From positions 1,178,001 through 1,242,000 of the forward strand of contig NW_021825323.1 of NCBI RefSeq assembly GCF_006345805.1: a DNA stretch of 64,000 bases, given 5' to 3'. This stretch comes from Octopus sinensis (lineage: Eukaryota). The notes under the pieces were generated by a model, which saw only the letters and a list, made by a program, of their open reading frames with translations, did no database searches and was not told the DNA's origin. Made by a program: the position numbers and the translations under genes. Shown here piece by piece: positions 53,791-64,000 of this stretch. Position 1 is the stretch's first letter, and the number at the start of each line of letters is the position of its first letter.

Positions 53791-53951
53791 GTTTATTATT
53801 TTTGATATTATTTTTAATGTTTTTTCTGTTATGAATTTAAATATTTTTTATAAAAATATATAATTTATTAATTTATTGTTTTAAAATAATTTTTTAAACA
53901 AGTTATATATATAAAAGGAAATAGGAAATAAATCTCATTTTTGTTTTTCTG

Positions 53952-54433
53952 ATGGCGAAGGGTAAATCTAAAATAAAAATTGAATACATTTATGACAACA
54001 TTAAACGAAGACAAACGTTAAGCAAAAGAAAACAAGGATTGATCAAGAAAGCTGAAGAATTAGGGGTTTTGACTGGATCCGAAGTTCTTGTTATTATCTA
54101 CAGTCCCACCAAAAATATGTATGTGTACAACACTGAAAGATTTAAACCTTTTGTCGACGGCAAAGCTGCCATTTCTACAATTGCACAATGTCTTAACGAT
54201 AAAAACTTTTCCATGGTTTATTAAGTTAAATTTACTATTTTATATAGAATTTATCCGACAAAGAAATGACTGGAAACTACGACTCCTACGGATATTTAGA
54301 TAATCTTAATCAAAATTCAAATTATAGTTGTTATTCGAATCATAACTATAACGATTCTTATGTTCCTGATGCTCAAGACTTGTGCCCTTCGATGTCATCG
54401 TGTTATGAACGAGGGTATAATCAAAACTTATAG
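53952..54433 (+). CDS. SRF-type MADS-box transcription factor (divergent, 2 exons)
   Basis: GKSKIKIEYIYDNIKRRQTLSKRKQGLIKKAEELGVLTGSEVLVII..MYVYNTERFKPFV..IAQCLN: MADS plus SRF SAM region. Intron after 54215. Confidence 0.85.
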
Positions 54434-54769
54434 AGTATTCATTTGATTCAGTGTTAAATAAATCGAATTTTAATTTATTAATCCAAATTTGTCAATAGTT
54501 TAGTTATTGTGCCGAGAACCAAATTTTCGGAACTTTTTTGACAGAAATTCTATCTTTTCGGAACTATCTCAATCATGTAGACACAGTTCCAGCATTTTAT
54601 TCAGAAGTATAGAGTAGGAATAAAATCCCTAAACATTCATAATTATACAAATACATTTAAGATAGAAACCTCATTTTGATAGTAAATTTGTTTTGTTTAT
54701 GAGGTTGATAAAGTTTTAACAAAATAGTTTTGTAAAACATACATAGATTTAATATTATTTAATTGATAT

Positions 54770-55190
54770 TAATCCGACTGTTGTCCTCTGGAGGTTAATC
54801 TCCTCTTTTTAACACCACTCCTTGATCCTCTGTCTCCAAGTTAGTTACGACTCTTTTTCCCTCATTCTCCATATTATCTTCGTACGAATGACTTGCTTCA
54901 ATTAAGAGGCTGCTGGCTGATTTTATTTCCTCATCAGTGATTCTGATCCCATTCCTGTGCTTAACAATCATACTCTCCAGTGTTTTCTTTAACACAACTG
55001 ACTGTATATAAGACTGAGTTCCGTCTTCGATAGCCAACTTTTCAATGTAGTTTTTAAAAAACTTGGAAACGAGCCCGTCCCAAATCAAAACCAGTGAAAT
55101 TATTTTCACTTGAGCTTCGTAAAGAATGGACAACTCCCATGCCAATAGATCGTATTTATAGCATTTCTCGACCTCGACCTGCTATTATTA
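54770..55190 (-). mobile_element. R4/Dong-like RLE retroelement 3' fragment
   Basis: KYDLLAWELSILYEAQVKIISLVLIWDGLVSKF..QSYIQSVVLKKTLESM aligns with 43483-44393. Confidence 0.8.
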
Positions 55191-55221
55191 ATAAGCACAA
55201 CGCAAAATAACGTTAGTAAAG

Positions 55222-55470
55222 TTATCTCGCTTGTGCCACCCTCTCCTGGATGCGTTTTGTTAATCGCTTCCAAGTTCCTCTGTTCCTCGATAGTTCCCTC
55301 AGGTGCTCAAGATCGTCTGCTGATTTCAACCCTTTTCCAATCAAAGTTAGATCTTGATGCAGGAGGGTTGCTTTCGTGGTCTTCCTCGGAGATTGTTCCC
55401 GGATGGGGGCGTAGTGGTGTTTCCTATCCATTCTTAGGATGTGACCGAATAAGTCCCATCTATTACTGAC
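55222..55470 (-). mobile_element. RTE-like LINE 3' end
   Basis: PRKTTKATLLHQDL...LKSADDLEHLRELSRNRGTWKRL corresponds to the C-terminus seen at ~36500. Confidence 0.6.
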
Positions 55471-55699
55471 CTGCTATAAAGTTTTAATATCATTAAGAGC
55501 CACTAATAATTATATCGAAATATCCTACAAATTGACACTAGTTCATAAAATGGTAAAATTTACGAATACTTCATAGTGAATTGTAATGGAAAAGTTGCTA
55601 AATTTCAAAAACTTTACAACTCTGTAGAACGAGTTGGAATCCAGATCCGACACTTTAAACCAACCCAAGTGGAGTAACTATGACTTGGTGTCTGTAGAC

Positions 55700-56900
55700 C
55701 CAATTTTGTTATATCTAATCATGTCAGGAAATACAGAAAGTTGCTGATGATGAAATTGAGTTGGCTGTCGTCATGAATGATAGTCCACTCTGCGTGCTTG
55801 AAATATATCTCGAAGGTGTGAAGTGAGGCAGTGAGGGTCAGTGAGTGGGCTCGCAAGTGATGTCTCCTCTTATTATAGCAACTAAGAATACAAAAAGGAG
55901 GACTGATACCACAACATATGTGACAGTTCTTGACTTGTACTGTACAACTCTTTCGTTCACAATTTTGATGATCACTGAGTATGCCATTTGTTAGTCGATA
56001 TCGACAGAAGCATTGTGAATGTCTCCAGACTGTCCTCGTCCTCGGAGGGAGGCTGACCATCATCACCAACAATTCATCTATGGCCGCGTAGGACAAGTAG
56101 AATATGTCACAACAACACTATTCTCTCTACATTTCCATTTTTTGAATATGGCATTAGCAAAATACCTCATAAATATGCCCACTCACCTGCATTAGCAAAA
56201 TACTTTTTCGGAGTTCATTAATCTTGGTCAACCAACTCCTCTTTAGATTCGACCATCTTTTGACGGTGACCAAATCCAGCAACCTGTTCGTGTTGTTCGA
56301 TGCAGGAGATTATCCCCGAAAATAAATTGCGTCGGAAAATGACCCCTTATTGGTAGTGATTTACCAACTCATAAAAGACGGCTCTGTTCTTGTTAGTTTA
56401 CCAGTGTTCTTCACTATTACATTGTGTTTGTGTGGATATCAATATAACCACGTGCCTGATAGGTTGACTCGGTCTCGGATGGGGGAGTGGTAATATCGCA
56501 GTCTAAAACGTGACAAAAACACTTACAAGTCAAACTTAATCAGAAAATTGGCTTCCTCACTTTTATTCCCGAACAAGTCAAAGTTAAGTCTCTCCTATAT
56601 GAAATTGAAAGACTTGATTTTCCACACAGTCACTGGTCGTCTGAGTACATTTCCTTGAAGGGGAAAGACCGAGTATTCCAGGGAACTGTCCAGGGACAAG
56701 GAGCCCCCCTTTAGTTGTACCCCATGAACCATTTCCCCGGTCATTTAGTATTAAATCACAAAACTGTCGAGATTAAGAGCAAAGTTGAACTCCCTACTCA
56801 TAGTGAAATGTCATCACGTAAAATGGCGAGAAAGTCGTATTCGTTTGTAAAATGATCGTCCAAAGAGTGGACACAATTTTCAAAATAAAGTTGTAAATAA
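55700..56900. other. Probable coding region, strand and product unresolved
   Basis: GC higher than its flanks; 125-codon minus-strand ORF (55719-56096) and exon-like frames on the plus strand; no family recognised. Confidence 0.3.
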
Positions 56901-56999
56901 TATTTCTTAGGTCAATTTTCAGTCAATTTTTAAAACTTTACGGTCAATTAAATGGGCTTTTTAAAGGGAATTTCTATTTTTTATGTCAATAAAAATGTT

Positions 57000-58070
57000 A
57001 CTCTACTGATGAGAGTAACCACAGTTGTTCTAAGTCGAGGTGTATGGGTCATTCGTAAGGCAATACATCAACGATAACTTTAGTCAGGCTCTCCAATTGT
57101 CGTGAAGGACGTAACGAAACATGTCGAACCAACTCAACTTTGGGACTGCAATCACGACTGGGCGACGTTATCAAGTCAAGGCAGTGGAAAAAGCGTGCTT
57201 GATGGCACCATCTTTAATCACAATGTCATTAGCATTCACTTGATACATCTTGCCAGGTTATTTCCAACAAATATACCACAGTCCACTTATTCCCATCAAA
57301 TGAAAAAACAGGGTCTTTGACTTTTTGGGTCGCTACAGCTGCCGGAACGTATTTCCGAGAACCGGAGACTTGTCGAAAGTATCTTGCATGTTCACATTTC
57401 CTCTCAAATCAGGATTTTGTGAGTTTTCATATCATCAGTCACTTTTTGAGACCTTATGATAAATTAGTACTAGGCTGGTTATTCCCAGGCCACATTCGAG
57501 ATCTGACTTCAAAGCACTGAACGGATTTGAAGTGGTTGTCGGAGCCTGAGATTTTTGAGTACTTAAACTAGCCTAATAAATAATTTTTTGAGTACTACTT
57601 GAGAAACTGACTTAAATCCTTTAGGGTAGTTGGCTCTTATAAAAGTCATCATTTTTTGGAAATGGCTGACATTGAATTGCACCAGGAAATTTGATTTTCA
57701 TCACTAAAGTCATTTCTCATTAAATTAACCTTGATTTGTACTGAACTCAGATTTTATTGAAGAAAAAAACAGTTGCATCTTCGATTGTCGAGCAAAAACT
57801 AGGAGGATCGTAATCAGTCTAGGAATATCAGTCCTGCCACCCACAACCATGAAGGCCAGGCATAGAAAGAACAGAATTCTGAAACTGCCTTCAGATTATT
57901 GGGAAATTTGGACTTGAAATTATCTTTTCGAATTTCTTTGACTATGATAAATAATGGAAACCTGGATTGAAGTGATTATTGAATTAATCACATCATTATT
58001 CTATAAAAGATTAATATTTTAATTCACTTTTTCGGGGTTGCCCTGTGATAAAATCTCCAAATGCGAGTTT
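57000..58070 (-). other. Probable multi-exon gene, unidentified
   Basis: GC higher than its flanks, minus-strand GT-AG micro-intron candidates and short open exons (e.g. MYQVNANDIVIKDGAIKHAF); no family recognised. Confidence 0.25.
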
Positions 58071-58091
58071 AATCTATTGACCAGTAATTGA

Positions 58092-58598
58092 CTCTGGACT
58101 TAGAAAATTACTTAGTTAATTAGTTTTTTTAATAAAGCTGTTTGCATAATAAATAGTGAGCTAATAAAAATATTTTCTATTTTTAAAAATTAATGTTATT
58201 GAAATCTTGACTTTATAGAGAACAAGATTTATTATTAAAATTAAAACAAACAATTAGAGAACTCTTAATAACATTTAGTGTTAAATAAATTACTTCCTCT
58301 TTGAAAAGAACACAAGTGACTGTAGATCTTATTTGTTATGAAGTATCTATATCTTGTTTCCAAAAAACAAAAAAAGACAGGAAGCTTCTATGGAGGATGA
58401 ACTATTCATCAAGCAAGAAATCAAAAATTTATGCACAACTTCTGCTTACTTTGAAGGCTCTGGACTTAGAAAATTACTTAGTTAATTAGTTTTTTTTTTA
58501 AATAAACCTGTTTGCATAATAAATAGTGAGCTAATAAAAATATTTTCTATTTTATAAAATTAATGTTATTGAAATGTTGACTTTATAGAGAACAAGAT
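58092..58598 (+). repeat. ~140-bp direct duplication including the 3' tip of the R4-like element
   Basis: 58092-58228 matches 58458-58598; both start CTCTGGACTTAG..TTACTTAGTTAATTAGTTT, as at 44339-44378. 58300-58500 is a decayed R4-like 3' end. Confidence 0.85.
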
Positions 58599-59093
58599 GA
58601 ATGGTCACAGGTGTAGTGAATAGCATATACTTCAAAAGTCGGCATAATAGTTCACAAATAAAATACACAAAATTAATAATATAACACCCATTAATATTGT
58701 AATCTATCTTAATGATTATTCACTTAAAAAACAAAAGACTACATTACAAAAATACGTGGTTAAATTCCTAAAAAATCGTTAAAAATACGAAATCAATAAA
58801 AAATAAACAAAATCTTTTGAAAAATAAAAAAAGTTGTACAAAATATAATCAGTGTCAGTAACTGCTTCCAATTAGTGAATTCTTCCAAATCTTCCCTATA
58901 GATTAAAAATAGGATTAACCACTCTCTAACAGGAATAAAAATTTCCAATAATATTAAAAAATATTATAATTAAAAGAAATAATAAATTCAATTAATTTGA
59001 AACTGAATGTTTTATCGTTTTTTGTTGTGCACTTGATAATTTAGCCATTTTTTGAACATTAAAATTCATCAATAAAAAATCAGAAACAATTTC

Positions 59094-61059
<1,966 letters not shown>

Positions 61060-61184
61060 TCTGCGAAATATGTGGCTTATGCCATTTTTTATTTTAATCA
61101 CTTTTTATTTAAATAATTTTCTGTTTTTTACTATCATAGCTATACTAGTTTTTATGTAAATAAAGTTAGATGGTTTTTTTAGAT

Positions 61185-62760
61185 CAGGGGTGCGCAAGTG
61201 CGGCCGTGAGTCGATGAATGTGCGGCCGTGGGCACAATTAGGTCATCGAGCAACTAATCTTAAATATAATGCTCATATTGTTAATTAATCAAGAAAAACC
61301 CTAAATGATATTTTTTTTTTAGGATTAAATTTATTTCAAATCAAAAGAGAAATAGTCATTGGCAGATAGCCAGAGTATTGCCTCTGACTATGGCTATAGA
61401 TATTCTTTCGATTAAATACCGGTGCTCACACGGGTCGCCGGTAACCCTTTCGATTAATGAGGCAATGCGCTGGAGTAGGGTCCGAGTAGAAGGCCCCTGT
61501 ATTCCTGACGTCTCAACAGCCAGGGGGACAAACACTCTTCCATTCCCAATTCCAGCGTATTTCTCAGCTTTTCTTTTCTCAGCCCGTTCAGACGGGGCTC
61601 CAGGATTCTCGATGCATAATTTGATATTCTGATTAGAAAAGGAGTTCACACACGTGACGTCCCAAACCAGACACTTTCCCCTCTGGAATGGAAATGTGGT
61701 CATCCCATCGGGTCTTCTGCCGTCCTCTACGAAAATCCCTGCAGGTTCCAATTGTGTGTGGAATCCCGCAGTTCGAAGAGATCGACAGATGATCTGGTTC
61801 AGTTCGGAATGCCGTGAGGAACGTCCAATTCCGTTTCGACAGGAGAGGGAGTGATATCCAAACTCGTCAGTCCACACGCCGCACCGGCTTTGGTGTTTTT
61901 CATAAACGCGTAGACCGAGGCGCAGACAAACTCCAATTCTTATGGCTTCATCATTAAGAAGGCAGCCAGTTGTATTACAAGGGTAACAGTTTAGCCACGC
62001 GCCGCTTAGGGGCTGGCTGCCCGCTTGTAAACAAGCCAACCTTCTCTGGTCCATGGTTTCCTTTAGGCATGAAATGATAATTAAAAATATTCATAAACGG
62101 CTTAATTTATTTATGTCATTACCTGTTGAAAGACGACGTTCTTGAATGAAGAAAAAAGAAAATTTAATATCAACTGGGAAAGTGAATACTTCGTAGTCGA
62201 AACAGACAACAATAGCATGCAATGCTATTGTGCCATGAGATTGTGAAAACTATAAAACGGGACAATGCTAAACAACATTTTCAAAGACATTTAGACCACC
62301 TAGTTGTCAAGTCCAAGTGTTCAAGAGAAGATTCCGTCCAAAATTTGAAATACAAATTAAGACAACAAAAAAATGTTTAAAAACTTTTTTATTTATGTGA
62401 GTCTACATTTTCCAAAATGAAATATTTAAAAAGTCAATATAGATCTCGGATAACGGATGCAAACTTAGAGTCATGTTTGCGCATAATGATATCTACCCTA
62501 CCCGTGGATTTCAAAATAATTATATGTCCACGAAATAATTATTTATTTTAATAATATGATGTCCCTGATGAACGAGAGCATTTCCTGTCCAAGAACTCAT
62601 TTGGTCTCGATGACAATGGGCAACTTATGCGGTCACTTTTAATAATTAAAAAAAATTACTATATTAATATCGAAAAAATAATGCAGAAAATGTGCGGCTG
62701 TGGAAGAGAAGGAAAAAAAATGCTATGCAGCCGCAAACCCAAAAAGCTTGCGCACCCCTG
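61185..62760 (+). mobile_element. Non-autonomous hAT (Buster/SPIN-like) element
   Basis: Perfect 14-bp TIR CAGGGGTGCGCAAG (61185-61198 / 62747-62760); 8-bp TSD TTTTAGAT (61177-61184, 62761-62768); internal KKRKFNINWESEYFVVE..QC..CHEIVK..KQHF transposase N-terminus. Confidence 0.95.
61311..62071 (-). mobile_element. 5'-truncated CRE-like retroelement nested in the hAT
   Basis: 232-aa ORF: GAWLNCYP, CCHC-like motif (HSLSC), RHSELN, RPDG..WDVT, KAEKY. Poly(A) at 61311-61320; TSD AAATGATA at 61303-61310 and 62072-62079. Confidence 0.92.
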
Positions 62761-62841
62761 TTTTAGATTTTTAATTTATGTTTTTTTAATTTATAATGAA
62801 TATTTTTTAATAATTTTATTTAAATTAAAGTGTGAGGTTGC

Positions 62842-64000
62842 ATGTCGGTTTCGATATCTGATTGCATTCTATTTTCCGGGACTTTTACCCACATAAATAT
62901 AAAAGTAATAATAAATATATTTATAATAATTAAAGAAACACGTGGATTGTATAGACTTTCCAACCGGAACATATCTTAAAGAAATCAGAATAATCCCAAA
63001 CGACATTGAAGTCAAGCAGAAAAAAATAAGAGGGTTTCTTGTTGTGATAATTTCAGATGCACATCCCCGAACAGTTTTTTGGTCGAATTGCACGTTTTTG
63101 ATATTGCAACGCGGGAATTCCTCATTGTCAACACGTATAGTCGACAATTTGATTGATTTAGTGTTCAATATGACCAAAATTCAACATTTATGAGCACAAT
63201 TGACTACAAAGTATTCTCCCCTCACAATTCAGATGCCCACAACCTGTCTAGTCTTGAGAGGAAGCTACAAGAACATCACTCTCGTGGTAATCGGGATTGC
63301 CTCTCCGCAGTTTCCCAGAGAGTTGAGGGTCAATCGTTAGTCGTCTTTTAATTAATGTCGTGATTAGCATGTGGATCGAGCTCACTAGATCCCAACATGA
63401 ACTATGTATTACAAATAATCATTTTATATAGAGTTTCCCCAATTATACTTCTGACGATGCTTTGAAAAGTATTTTTTTAATAAAACACTTTTTAGAATTA
63501 ATATTATTGAATGAGGATGACTCAGACTTGGAAAATTGTCCACAAACTGTAAATATTCATATTTATATTTCAGAATGAATTGTTTTTTGCTTTGTTGAAC
63601 TCATTTGATGAACAATTGACCCCCCTGGAGGACAAAGATGATATTTCTGGTTTGGTTAGTCAAAATGAGGTTGATTCTTTTTTTGAATTCGTCAAAAATG
63701 AATTAAAATCCGAAATGTATTCAAAACTGGCTCCATGTAGGTTCGATCAAAAATCGTGTAAAGATTACATTTCAAAAATGCCGTTTTTGTTGAAGAGAAT
63801 TGAAAAGTCAGACAAGTCAAAATTCGAATGTTTTGAGTTTGTGAGATTCGTAGTGTGCACACAGTCACTGATTGAATGGCTGGTCTTGGTTTTTACTGAC
63901 ATTCCCACAAAGAGCTCGGAGATTTTGAAAATAGGCTTTTCTCTAATCGAGCAGTTGGCCGAAACTGGGAATTCTGTGGCTGTCCGTGTTCTTGAATCTC
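62842..64000 (+). CDS. VIRMA: Virilizer/VIRMA (m6A writer complex), 5' part
   Basis: MSVSISDCILFSGTFTH..|HVDCIDFPTGTYLKEIRIIP..|CTSPNSFLVEL..|QYDQN..|TTCLVLRGSYKNITLV matches the VIR_N domain; runs off the window end. Confidence 0.8.

Noticed and set aside
55720-56100. TrmB-like methyltransferase on the + strand (VLVLGGRLTIITNN)
   Set aside because: Only short motif resemblance; no consistent spliced frame with a SAM-binding motif.
56151-56203. 15-bp direct repeat GCATTAGCAAAATAC
   Set aside because: No recognisable insert between the copies; likely local slippage.
57006-57120. CTGATGAG, possible hammerhead ribozyme core
   Set aside because: No stem II followed by GAAA at the proper spacing and no closing stems.

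Overview
AT-rich animal genomic DNA with very short spliceosomal introns, mostly 22-31 nt (e.g. 20983-21006, 23254-23276, GC-AG 13781-13807). That is why the ORF track is so fragmented. Metazoan markers (PB1-C1 aPKC, Diaphanous with DAD, BPTF, HIPK) and ciliary genes (OFD1, LRRC71) together with the micro-introns suggest a reduced, ciliated invertebrate such as a dicyemid or orthonectid; this is inference only. Genes I could splice by hand: Diaphanous formin, SNU13, LRRC71, OFD1, JAGN1-like, GCDH, TECR, a MAP2K, TIM9, HIPK, BPTF, a CaMK-like pseudokinase, two Ig-domain membrane-protein paralogs, SHMT, TEX10, an SRF-like MADS gene, aPKC and the 5' part of VIRMA. Mobile DNA between them: CRE-like and R4-like RLE retroelement 3' ends with TSDs, RTE-like and Jockey/I-like LINE remnants, Tigger and Tc1 remnants, and a complete-ended hAT with a nested CRE copy. 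The most unusual object is a 2.26-kb integrase (H2C2 + D,D35E) element. It carries four host-type 22-25-nt introns and an 8x45-bp TTAGGG-based satellite, and it is inserted into an exon of an Ig-like surface gene. Also notable: the scrambled aPKC activation segment and the Asn-to-His change in the BPTF bromodomain. All gene models are manual and their ends are approximate.
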